Of a DNA stretch of 64,000 nt, positions 30,737 through 39,017 are shown in pieces. The notes under the pieces were generated by a model. The model did no database searches. It saw only the letters and a list, made by a program, of their open reading frames with translations, and was not told the origin of the DNA. Source of the stretch: Candidatus Magasanikiibacteriota bacterium. GTDB lineage: Bacteria; Patescibacteriota; Patescibacteriia; Magasanikbacterales; UBA922. Numbering within the stretch: position 1 is the stretch's first letter; each line of letters begins with the position of its first letter. Location of the stretch: the NCBI GenBank assembly GCA_052033375.1, contig JBPOJQ010000018.1, forward strand, positions 1,671 to 65,670. Direction: 5' to 3'. Both the position numbers and the translations under genes were made by a program.

Positions 30737-32417
30737 ATACCAACATGATCGACGTCGGAAGTGCCTGTCCCAATATGCGTATCATATCAATAATACGAGG
30801 ATATTGTAAATCAAGCCAAAAATTATCAATAACCAACACCGGTCGACCGGTGACCAACGAATGAAGTGCATGCAATGCAAAGGCCTGTAATGGATTTCTA
30901 AGTACGGTGTCCGCAGATACAGTATAATTTCCATCGGCCGACACAAGATCCACAATGGAAGGATAGCGATTCATGATACGAAGTGCCTCGGCAAATTCTT
31001 CAGTCGTAATACGGTCTCTTAATTTTCCCATCACGCACTCCATGAGCGTGCGATCAGTCCGAAAATTAGGATCAAAAAAATACACATCACCACACACACT
31101 CTGCCATGCCGTAAATTCAAATCGTTTGGCATCCACAGTGACTTTTATTGCACGCGGATTGTACGCCGTAACGCCAGCAAATAATCGTGCCAACGCAGTC
31201 TTGCCAGTCATATTTGACCCAAAAAATAATACACGGTCACCTGGATTAAAGCCAAAACGGATGTTTCTATGATATGACCCCTCTGAAAAAAGTTTGGTCT
31301 TATGGCTATAAAATCCGAGACTTTTTTCTCTCAGACTACAGGTGGTATCTGCGGTGAGATGCGCACTCGATTGAAAGACAGTCAAAGAAATACCCAACCG
31401 AGCAGGAAATATATAGAGCCCCATTCGCATGGACTCATGTAGCGCACGAGAAAAATAAATAAGTAACAATATGAATAAAAATCGTTCACCACTATCCCCT
31501 GTTCCTAAAAAAGAAAAAAATATTGTAGGAAAAAAATGACTACAAATAGATACGACGACCAAAAAGATAAACACCATCTTGAAACCGAGACGCATCCAAA
31601 TATCTCGACGTATACGGAAAAAAGAATCAAACAGTACCAGTTTATCGAACTTACTGAGAACCGAATCTTGTTGTCGAAATATATTCAAAAAACTAATATT
31701 AGTAGTATTGATATCCATTTCTCTGATAATCTGCGAATAAAACGTAACCTCTTGCGACACATACAATCGTGACACTGCATACCCACCGAAAAATAAAAGT
31801 GCTGACACTAGCACAAATACACCTACAACAGAAAAAACATGGTACTGACTAATTGTTGAAATCAACACTACAATTCCCAAATACATCAACCAGCGCCAGA
31901 ACCCAAAAAAAGTATTAGATACACCAAGGGTAGCAAGTGGCAAATGATAAGAAATCTTTGCAATGAGATTTGCGTGTGTATCTGAAGAAAAATACCTAGA
32001 TGAACGTCCAAGAAAATGCTTAAAAATACGTCGCCTAATGCTATTCGTGAACAGAACCACGAATAACCGTTCATATTTGATGGCAAAAAAAGAATTAACT
32101 AAAAATATACCAATAAGCACTAAAAATAATAATACAAAATGTGTAGACAACCAGAGGCGCGTCCCATCCGAAATCTGATCACGGCTAAAAATAATCAACG
32201 CAGACTCAATAATACCCTGAGAAAACAGTAGCAGTAGTAAGCCGATAATCAACACGCGATGTTTTTTTAAAAAATCACGAAGAAACTGATAATGTTCGCG
32301 AGTAAATAACACATTTCTCCATTCACGACTCTCTTTTTTCGCCAATCTAAGAAGCCGCGCCTGTTCCCGAATCTGTGTACTAAACATAGTAAGATACTCT
32401 ATGTGTATTATTCTCAA
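30660..32417 (-). CDS. ABC-transporter-like fused TMD-NBD protein with degenerate signature and Walker B motifs
   Basis: about 6 TM helices then Walker A GSNMTGKTALARLFAG; LSGGQ replaced by NPLQAF; Walker B VLVIDNF (D-N instead of D-E); start overlaps RT stop (ATGA). Confidence 0.55.
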   Translation of the reverse strand: MRIIHIEYLTMFSTQIREQARLLRLAKKESREWRNVLFTREHYQFLRDFLKKHRVLIIGLLLLLFSQGIIESALIIFSRDQISDGTRLWLSTHFVLLFLVLIGIFLVNSFFAIKYERLFVVLFTNSIRRRIFKHFLGRSSRYFSSDTHANLIAKISYHLPLATLGVSNTFFGFWRWLMYLGIVVLISTISQYHVFSVVGVFVLVSALLFFGGYAVSRLYVSQEVTFYSQIIREMDINTTNISFLNIFRQQDSVLSKFDKLVLFDSFFRIRRDIWMRLGFKMVFIFLVVVSICSHFFPTIFFSFLGTGDSGERFLFILLLIYFSRALHESMRMGLYIFPARLGISLTVFQSSAHLTADTTCSLREKSLGFYSHKTKLFSEGSYHRNIRFGFNPGDRVLFFGSNMTGKTALARLFAGVTAYNPRAIKVTVDAKRFEFTAWQSVCGDVYFFDPNFRTDRTLMECVMGKLRDRITTEEFAEALRIMNRYPSIVDLVSADGNYTVSADTVLRNPLQAFALHALHSLVTGRPVLVIDNFWLDLQYPRIIDMIRILGQALPTSIMLVFANTANDFLPYTQQHELSTKIRPIL

Positions 32418-33634
32418 TTTCGTTCATAATGAAAATTCTTATAATGCTGATAAAATGAGACAATACCAAATTCAGCAATCTCGTTCTTTAATAAGCGTCG
32501 ATGTTGCGGAGAATACTGTCCATAGTAAAACTCAGTAAGAATATGAAAAAAATGCTCAGAAACCACGCGTATCTGAGTAACGTCATTCACCTGCGATTTA
32601 TTCTTAACAATCTCCTGAAATCGAGTATTAAAATTTTTGTATTTACTGCGCATGATATTTTTGAGAATACGTTTTTTCTTTGTTTCTGACTCATGTTTAT
32701 AAAGCAGTAAACTTTTCCACTCGGACTCAATACGGGTGATAAAACTATCTTCAAGACTAATACGCCCATTCGAAAACCGATATCCCAAAAAAGAAAAAGT
32801 GTCTCGGGAAGATCCAATGAACAATTTATCAAAATTAAGCTTCAAGCCTCTCATGTGCAACCTGGCCTGTATGTCCTTCTCTATAACTTTCAATTTTTCA
32901 AGATTTGAATCAACGAGCGCCAAATCATCACCTACACGTATATAAAACTCTACTTGTCTAGCATACAAAAAATCAAGATCAGAGAGATATATATTAGCAA
33001 ACAAAGCAATCAATGGTACACCCTGTACAATTCCGTGGGGTAATTGCTGTATAGTATGACCGTCGTATACACGAGTAAAAACAAACAATTTTAGTATCTC
33101 CAATGTGTGACGATCGGAAAATAATGTGGCCAATTTTTCAACCAAATATTCACGATCAATTAAACTCGAATAATTATGTAAATCCACCACAAGACAATGA
33201 TCAGAAGTAAACCGCCTACGATATCGACGCGCAAAAAGATATGATGCGGTATGCGGAGGTTTACCGGGACGATATGAGAAAAGACGATCAGAAAAACTGC
33301 GTTCAAAAACTGGTAACACCACTCGGTAAATTGCCTGCGCTTTGATTCGTTCCTTGAGTGTATAAATAAAAATCTCACGGGTTTTAGACGGATTATTTTT
33401 CTTTGGAATATGCAACAAAATAGCAGGTTCGATGACTTTTGTATGTATCAATTCATCCTGGATACGGCTCAACAGATCAGTCGAATCAACCTCATAATCC
33501 AATATTTTTTTGTGATCAATGCCGTAATATCGGGACTCCTTACTTTCTTTCGCAAATTTTTGGACAATCTCCAAATATGCAGCCTCCAAATTATCTTTGG
33601 ATATGATTTCTCTAAACATACAATATACAATCAT
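32414..33634 (-). CDS. stand-alone reverse transcriptase (RT domains 1-7 plus about 100-aa C-terminal extension)
   Basis: NLEAAYLEI (RT0/1), SYRPGKPPHTA (RT2), HGIVQGVPLIALFANIYLSDLD (RT4), EFYIRVGDDLALV (motif C with VGDD instead of YADD), LKLNFDKLFIGSSRDTFSFLGYRF (RT7). Confidence 0.8.
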   Translation of the reverse strand: MIVYCMFREIISKDNLEAAYLEIVQKFAKESKESRYYGIDHKKILDYEVDSTDLLSRIQDELIHTKVIEPAILLHIPKKNNPSKTREIFIYTLKERIKAQAIYRVVLPVFERSFSDRLFSYRPGKPPHTASYLFARRYRRRFTSDHCLVVDLHNYSSLIDREYLVEKLATLFSDRHTLEILKLFVFTRVYDGHTIQQLPHGIVQGVPLIALFANIYLSDLDFLYARQVEFYIRVGDDLALVDSNLEKLKVIEKDIQARLHMRGLKLNFDKLFIGSSRDTFSFLGYRFSNGRISLEDSFITRIESEWKSLLLYKHESETKKKRILKNIMRSKYKNFNTRFQEIVKNKSQVNDVTQIRVVSEHFFHILTEFYYGQYSPQHRRLLKNEIAEFGIVSFYQHYKNFHYERN

Positions 33635-33731
33635 CCCCTAATATATCTGACAGATTTCTATCAAATATTGATTATTTCCATTGAGGTCTTCCTTCGCTTA
33701 ATACCGAAGTTCTTTTCCTAAAATCGTCGAC

Positions 33732-33772
33732 ATTTCATGAAAGCTAATGCCGATAGCTATGTATTTCATGAA
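33732..33772 (-). promoter_or_regulatory. palindromic leader element upstream of RT
   Basis: two copies of the self-complementary octamer TTCATGAA (33734-33741, 33765-33772) flanking inner palindrome AGCTA-atgccga-TAGCT. Confidence 0.3.
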
Positions 33773-33952
33773 CCCAGACGACTGCTGGCATCCTGTTATG
33801 ACAAGTGTTAGGGAATGATTGTACAGAGTACGTTATATAAGATAATACAACTAGTATACCGTGAAGTCTCTATATCTGCCAACTCAATATTCAAAAATGA
33901 ACGATGCCACACCCACCTATCCGAAAATAGAGCAGGTGTGGACATCAGTCAG

Positions 33953-34360
33953 CTATGCGCCGAGGGCGCACGCGAAACGAATCTCTTCATCAGTCGCACG
34001 ACGGACGCAGGCGAGGAGGGCATTGACCCATTCCACGCACACGTATGACTCACCGGGGACAAGCCCCTTCGGCGCGAACATACGACACGGACGACGATGC
34101 GAATTCTTGAAGTAGAAGTAAGCCTCACCGAGCCGAGGACGACGGCCCCGATCCTGGAAGATCGGGTAGAAGACCGGAGTATTCGGAAACTGAGAGGCAT
34201 TCACACTGGGAAACGCACGGGCCTCGGGCGGGAGGAGGAACACACGACCCTTAGCAAAAAGGACCGAGGGGGACCAACTCGACGGAGGCACAGGACGGAG
34301 ACCATTATTCCCATCAGTCTGGATCGCCACCCCGGGATTATCTTCCGGATGACACAGCAT
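33953..34360 (-). other. GC-rich block upstream of RT: either orphan 135-aa ORF or structured ncRNA
   Basis: about 58% GC versus 38% background; open in several frames on both strands; minus-strand ORF MLCHPEDNPG… has G-rich RBS (AAGGGGGG-7 nt-ATG) 44 nt downstream of predicted TSS but no recognisable family. Confidence 0.3.
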
Positions 34361-34404
34361 ACAGAAACCCCCCTTGCACAGCCACGCTGGTGATTCAGCG
34401 AGAC

Positions 34405-34440
34405 CAACACAAGATAGATGAAAAAGATGATATTGTCAAG
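34405..34440 (-). promoter_or_regulatory. near-consensus sigma70 promoter firing into the GC-rich block toward the RT
   Basis: minus-strand TTGACA (34434-34439) – 17 nt – TATCTT (34411-34416). Confidence 0.5.
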
Positions 34441-34480
34441 AATAAAAAATAAAAAAGTGACCCAAGTAAATCACTTTTTA
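34441..34480 (-). terminator. intrinsic terminator of ydeI-like gene
   Basis: AAAAAGTGA-cccaagtaaa-TCACTTTTT then T-run on minus strand. Confidence 0.5.
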
Positions 34481-34516
34481 TTCCCCATGTGATGCACAAA
34501 AAACGAAAAAATCACC

Positions 34517-34765
34517 TCAGCGATGCGGACACCCGGCCCAACAACACGGTCGACGCATTCCACCTGCAAGTTTCGAAAGTGCCTTCTCAATACGAATATC
34601 TCTCGTCTCCTGTTTTTTACCAGATGTAACCCAACAAATCCACTCGTTCTTCGCGAGTGGTGTGATGTCGTCCCACACAGCCCGTGCCTTGGGTACAGAA
34701 ATCAAGGCCTTTCGTAAATCTGCTGGAACTTGATGCACCATACGAGTAGTGACTTTTTTATTCAT
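34517..34765 (-). CDS. YdeI/OmpD-associated family (DUF1801-like) small protein, GC-rich
   Basis: start at MNKKVTT; C-terminal KNEWICWVTSGKKQETRDIRIEKALSKLAGG typical of this family. Confidence 0.5.
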   Translation of the reverse strand: MNKKVTTRMVHQVPADLRKALISVPKARAVWDDITPLAKNEWICWVTSGKKQETRDIRIEKALSKLAGGMRRPCCWAGCPHR

Positions 34766-34842
34766 AATCAAATAGTTTATTTTGAAAAAGTATATCATAA
34801 TCCAAACCAACTATTCCAGCACAAAAACACTATATTTTCATG

Positions 34843-34886
34843 GCTCCACGTGGTGGACGATGTTCGAACGTATTTTATGGAAAATA
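34843..34886 (-). repeat. 44-bp cassette R1 copy 1 (putative shared promoter/operator)
   Basis: gctccacgtggtggacgatgttcgaacgtattttatggaaaata identical to 36678-36721; contains palindromes CCACGTGG and GTTCGAAC and TAAAAT; about 80-120 nt upstream of ydeI-like start. Confidence 0.6.
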
Positions 34887-35008
34887 CAAATTAAATTTCC
34901 TACATATAAACAAAAACAACCCATCTATATGAGTTGTTTTATGTATTGGCCGACGATTCTGGTACGTCGGCCGGGTAACCTTGCCAAATCCTTGGCAAGA
35001 GGACAGAA

Positions 35009-35443
35009 CTATGGCTGCGACACAAGCACTGCTTTTGGCCAGTTCACGAGAACAGCTCCCGTGATGACGAGCACCAGTCCGATGGTCTTCATAGGAGTCA
35101 TACTACCATTCTCCATCAGGTAGTGAACTACCGAAGCAACGAGCTGGGCCACGAGCAGCACCACAAAGAGGGGTGCTAGATCTTGAGGCGGTGTTGACGC
35201 CAACACGTAGTTGAACATGATCAGAGCGACACCCGCTGTGACACCTGCAGCGATCGCGAACCCCAGACGAGCACCGCTGATCGTGATGCCGTTGTACACG
35301 GCGACCGGCATGACGACACAGAAACAGACTATGGTGAAGGCTGCTGCCGCATTCGTACCGCTCATGCGGCTCATATTCATGAAGATGGGCCACACGCCGA
35401 ACAGCAGGCCGGCGATAATGGTAAGCAATAATCCGGAACTCAT
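35009..35443 (-). CDS. small DMT/EamA-like 4-TM membrane protein, GC-rich
   Basis: 144 aa, four hydrophobic helices, Ala/Val-rich. Confidence 0.4.
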   Translation of the reverse strand: MSSGLLLTIIAGLLFGVWPIFMNMSRMSGTNAAAAFTIVCFCVVMPVAVYNGITISGARLGFAIAAGVTAGVALIMFNYVLASTPPQDLAPLFVVLLVAQLVASVVHYLMENGSMTPMKTIGLVLVITGAVLVNWPKAVLVSQP

Positions 35444-35568
35444 GTGAATCTCCCTTGCTCAGTTTCCAGCACTGATGAGGCCGCCGACAATTCGACGAGC
35501 TCATGTAGTTACAGAAGAAAAAAAAGAATAGCACTAAAATGCTATTCTTGTCAACGCTCCATACATAA

Positions 35569-36222
35569 TTATTTTTCGCCATTCCACTCTTGAAAAAATC
35601 TCTCCAGATATTGTTCCATAAAAATATGTCGCTCCGTTGCAATTTTTTTCGCGGTTTCCGTATTCATCAAATCTTTCAACAAAAGAAGTTTTTCATAAAA
35701 ATGATTTATTGCACTCCCGTCATTACTTTTATATTCATCTTTGGTCATGTTAGGTTTGAACTTTTTGTCTGGGTTATAAATCTCTCTCCCTTTACTTCCC
35801 CCATAGGTAAAACATCGAGCAATCCCCATTGCACCCATTGCATCTAGTCTATCAGCATCCTGAACAATTTTCCCCTCAATAGATTTCATTTTATTTTCGT
35901 GCACATTTCCCTTAAAAGAAACGTGATTCACAATATGCACAACTTTTTCAATGACTTCCGGATCACAATTACATTTTTCCAGCCATTCACCAGCAGTTTT
36001 TCCACCAATCTCTTCATCTCCATTATGAAACTTATAATCTGCAATATCATGCAACAGTGCGCCAAGTTCCACAATAAATAAATCCGCCTTTTCACCCTCA
36101 GCAATCAACTTCGCATTATTCCAAACTCTCTGAATATGCCACCAATCATGCCCAGATCCTTCTCCACTCAACACCTGTTTCACATGTTGCTTAGTTGCTT
36201 CAATAATTTCTTCTTTTGTCAT
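35569..36222 (-). CDS. HD-domain phosphohydrolase (YpgQ-like)
   Basis: H…HD motif (WWHIQRV…LGALLHDIADYK), D…DRLDAMGA. Confidence 0.75.
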   Translation of the reverse strand: MTKEEIIEATKQHVKQVLSGEGSGHDWWHIQRVWNNAKLIAEGEKADLFIVELGALLHDIADYKFHNGDEEIGGKTAGEWLEKCNCDPEVIEKVVHIVNHVSFKGNVHENKMKSIEGKIVQDADRLDAMGAMGIARCFTYGGSKGREIYNPDKKFKPNMTKDEYKSNDGSAINHFYEKLLLLKDLMNTETAKKIATERHIFMEQYLERFFQEWNGEK

Positions 36223-36237
36223 AATAAAAAATATAAA

Positions 36238-36573
36238 CTAAGAAGTCTTTTTCCACTGCCCATCAATAAAGTCTGCGACATTATGACCGCCAACAGGAAA
36301 ACTGTCCGCATCATAAAAAACAACGTTAATAACACTGTTTAAAGCTGATCCTTCTTTATACTTACCCGCTCTCATATAGGTGTATTCTGATGTAGTACCG
36401 TCTTCCTCAGTAGTAGTAAGTTCTAATAAATAAAGACCCTTTTCATCTTCACGTCTTCTCGTTTCTTTATATTCTTTTTCTCCAATTATTTCTTTAACAA
36501 TCGAAACTACTTCTTCTGGCGAAGGGATATATTCTCTGCTTCCTTCATAACCACTTGGACCTGTTTCAGACAT
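36238..36573 (-). CDS. hypothetical acidic protein
   Basis: 111 aa, co-directional and 16 nt upstream of HD gene. Confidence 0.35.
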   Translation of the reverse strand: MSETGPSGYEGSREYIPSPEEVVSIVKEIIGEKEYKETRRREDEKGLYLLELTTTEEDGTTSEYTYMRAGKYKEGSALNSVINVVFYDADSFPVGGHNVADFIDGQWKKTS

Positions 36574-36643
36574 AGTACATGAATAAATAAATTAACCTGA
36601 TGTAAATGTATCACACCAACTTAAAATAAAATATACGCTAAAA

Positions 36644-36682
36644 AAATAATGACTCAATATAGCCATTATTTTAAGTCGCTCC
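36644..36682 (-). terminator. terminator hairpin R2 copy 1 (after methyltransferase gene)
   Basis: AAAATAATGaCT-caatat-AGCCATTATTTT plus T-run on minus strand; 36/40 identical to 37394-37433. Confidence 0.5.
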
Positions 36683-36721
36683 ACGTGGTGGACGATGTTC
36701 GAACGTATTTTATGGAAAATA
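36678..36721 (-). repeat. 44-bp cassette R1 copy 2, upstream of hyp–HD–EamA-like operon
   Basis: identical to 34843-34886. Confidence 0.6.
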
Positions 36722-36744
36722 GACTAAGTATGCTCGATAAATAG

Positions 36745-37344
36745 CTATATCTTCTGCAAAACAATTGTAAACCACTTCTGCCCTCGTAGCTCATGAGTAT
36801 CTTCAAATATAGTCTTATATTTATCACCAGCTAATTCTTTTATAATTTCCGGATTATACAAATAGTAAGTCCTCGTACCAAACTCATCTGTTTTAGTTAG
36901 CTCACGATAGTCATCATATTTCAATGAAATATAAAAAACACCTTTCTCATTCAACCCATGATGTGCTTTCTCTAATACGCTTCGCACACTTTCTTTGTTT
37001 GAGTGTAGAAGGGAAGCAAAAGAAAAAATTAAATCTAAACCCATTGGAAAAACATAGTTTTCAATATCCACAACTTCAAACTTTCCCTCTGGAACGTATT
37101 CACAAGCAAGTGCGATCATTGCTTCTGAAATATCTACGCCAAGGTAATTATGAGAGTATGTAAGTATTTCTTTAGCGTCCCTTCCATTACCACAGCCAAT
37201 TTCAAAAACGAAAGGACTTTTCTTTTCAACAAACGAAAACCCTCTTTCGATGTCATCGGTGCGAGCACCGATATTATTGAATTTTTCTGCCATTGCAGAA
37301 GCTGTGGCGTTATAAGTATTTATTGTTTGAACTTTTTTATTCAT
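36745..37344 (-). CDS. class I SAM-dependent methyltransferase
   Basis: motif I VFEIGCGNGRDAKEIL. Confidence 0.7.
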   Translation of the reverse strand: MNKKVQTINTYNATASAMAEKFNNIGARTDDIERGFSFVEKKSPFVFEIGCGNGRDAKEILTYSHNYLGVDISEAMIALACEYVPEGKFEVVDIENYVFPMGLDLIFSFASLLHSNKESVRSVLEKAHHGLNEKGVFYISLKYDDYRELTKTDEFGTRTYYLYNPEIIKELAGDKYKTIFEDTHELRGQKWFTIVLQKI

Positions 37345-37393
37345 ATGGATGCGTAATAAGTTAATGAAATAATACCATGGGCTATATAAAAAT

Positions 37394-37433
37394 AAAATAA
37401 TGGCTCAATGTAGCCATTATTTTACTTCGCTCC
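37394..37433 (-). terminator. terminator hairpin R2 copy 2 immediately 3' of tRNA-Asn
   Basis: AAAATAATGGCT-caatgt-AGCCATTATTTT then ATTTTTAT. Confidence 0.5.
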
Positions 37434-37501
37434 TCGACCAGGATTCGAACCTGGAACCTACTGGTTAACAGCCAGCCGTTCTACCATTGAACTATCGAGG
37501 A
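37430..37501 (-). tRNA. tRNA-Asn (GTT)
   Basis: cloverleaf: acceptor TCCTCGA/TCGAGGA, D-arm GTTC-AATGGTA-GAAC, anticodon loop CTGTTAA, T-arm CCAGG-TTCGAAT-CCTGG. Confidence 0.85.
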
Positions 37502-37663
37502 ATATGGGAGAATAAAAATCCCGCTTATCGCGGGTATTCATGTTATTCTTTATGCACACGAAAACCCGATTACTCTGGAAAGTAATTATTGCGATTATTA
37601 TTGTTATTCAAGCAGGTTTTCATAGCTCATACGTTATACCACGGACAAAACCCCACTGTCAAG

Positions 37664-37701
37664 AAACAAAAAAACACCCCCATACGGGAGGTATTTTTTT
37701 G
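37664..37701. terminator. bidirectional intrinsic terminator
   Basis: A-run, CCCCCATACGGGAGG hairpin, T-run. Confidence 0.5.
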
Positions 37702-37714
37702 TTCTAAAAAATAT

Positions 37715-38437
37715 CTACTTCACCCCAAACGACGCACGGACAGTTGCCATCACCTCTTTTTCAATACTTGACGTATCATAGGAACCGTAATCAGAAACTT
37801 CAATTGAATTTGGTGCAAGCACTTGCACCACTCCTTGACTTGCAGAACTAAGGGCTCCTACGCGAGAACCGCTACTTTCAGCAATTTTTTCTGCTCGAGC
37901 TTTTGCGTCAATTACTGCGTCCGAAAGAAGACTTACCCGAAGGTCAGCGAGCTTGGTGTAATAATATTCAGGAGGGAAAGTAGACATGACTGAGCCAAGA
38001 GAAACCTGTGTTTGAATCTTTTTTGAAAGACTGGTTACACTTTCAATATCGCTCGATTCAACAGTCAACGTCTGGCGTACAGTATATCGACGTGGAGCAT
38101 TCGAATCATAGCCATATTCCTGTTCAGTAAACATTGACGAAATCGTAATTGCTGAAGATGGAATGCTGTGATCGACAATCTCTGCCTGGACCACAGTCAC
38201 ATCACGGCTCAATCCCGCATATGCCTGACTGAGTTCAGATGCACTCACCGTGCGCGAAAGTTGAATGGTCCATTTGACCAAATCAGATGTAACCGAAGTC
38301 TTCGCTGATCCAGTAACCGAAAGAATACCTGGATTTGCTACCCGAGAAGCATAGAAAAAAATCGAAAAAACCAGGGAGGCTACCACCATCCCGACAGCGA
38401 TTACTCTTCCTCCTTGTACAGAAATTTGTTCTGACAT
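37715..38437 (-). CDS. SIMPL (DUF541) domain protein
   Basis: 240 aa, N-terminal TM, SIMPL-like pattern. Confidence 0.6.
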   Translation of the reverse strand: MSEQISVQGGRVIAVGMVVASLVFSIFFYASRVANPGILSVTGSAKTSVTSDLVKWTIQLSRTVSASELSQAYAGLSRDVTVVQAEIVDHSIPSSAITISSMFTEQEYGYDSNAPRRYTVRQTLTVESSDIESVTSLSKKIQTQVSLGSVMSTFPPEYYYTKLADLRVSLLSDAVIDAKARAEKIAESSGSRVGALSSASQGVVQVLAPNSIEVSDYGSYDTSSIEKEVMATVRASFGVK

Positions 38438-38453
38438 ATATCTTAGGGTTATA

Positions 38454-38897
38454 TTAATTATATTTTTTATGAAAAATAAACCTGTCCAATCCCCACACCT
38501 CTCCTACGCGCATCGTAAAAAAAAGTAACAAAACCAATGAATATATAATATGTTCATCGACAATCAACGCATGTGAATTGGGATAAGGAAAATCAAGTGC
38601 CGCCATATAGTATAGGAACATAAGCACCACACCCGGGATTGTACTCCATCTCACCAACAAACCCAAAACCAATGATACACCAAGAAGTGTGAGTCCCCAT
38701 GCATTAATAAAATTAACTATGGGTAACACGACGGGATGAAGAAACAGTTCATAGAGCCACACAAAATTCTTCGTTCCCTTGATGTAACCTTCTGCTGACC
38801 ATGCCGGATCAAGTACTTTTGTAATCCCTGCATAAAACATAAACCACCCCATCGTAACGCGAAGAACTACCAATGAAATTTTTTGACGATGTGTCAT
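38454..38897 (-). CDS. DoxX-like membrane protein
   Basis: start at MTHRQKISLVVLRVTMGWFMFYAGITK; 4 TM. Confidence 0.5.
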   Translation of the reverse strand: MTHRQKISLVVLRVTMGWFMFYAGITKVLDPAWSAEGYIKGTKNFVWLYELFLHPVVLPIVNFINAWGLTLLGVSLVLGLLVRWSTIPGVVLMFLYYMAALDFPYPNSHALIVDEHIIYSLVLLLFFTMRVGEVWGLDRFIFHKKYN

Positions 38898-39017
38898 AGT
38901 GTGGTGGTTACATACACAACTCTCCCTTAGTAAGGGAGAGTTGGTAGGGGTCAAGATACATACTTCTTAATCTCTGCCGATCATCCCCCAATCAAGGGGA
39001 AAATCGATTGACGACAC

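Noticed and set aside
32414-33634. Diversity-generating retroelement
   Set aside because: The RT has QG…IA rather than the DGR-specific I/LGxxxSQ motif, and no template/variable repeat pair with adenine-specific mismatches was found nearby (the 44-bp repeats are identical and intergenic).
32414-34440. Group II intron (RT as intron-encoded protein with GC-rich domains I-III upstream)
   Set aside because: No domain V/VI sequence can exist downstream because the RT stop overlaps the next gene's start; no AGC-triad hairpin was seen.
34843-37433. attL/attR of a genomic island integrated at tRNA-Asn (repeats R1/R2)
   Set aside because: R2 copies are hairpin terminators following genes on the coding strand. 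R1 copies sit at promoter distance upstream of two operons. No integrase is present, and the repeats do not contain the tRNA 3' segment beyond about 5 nt.
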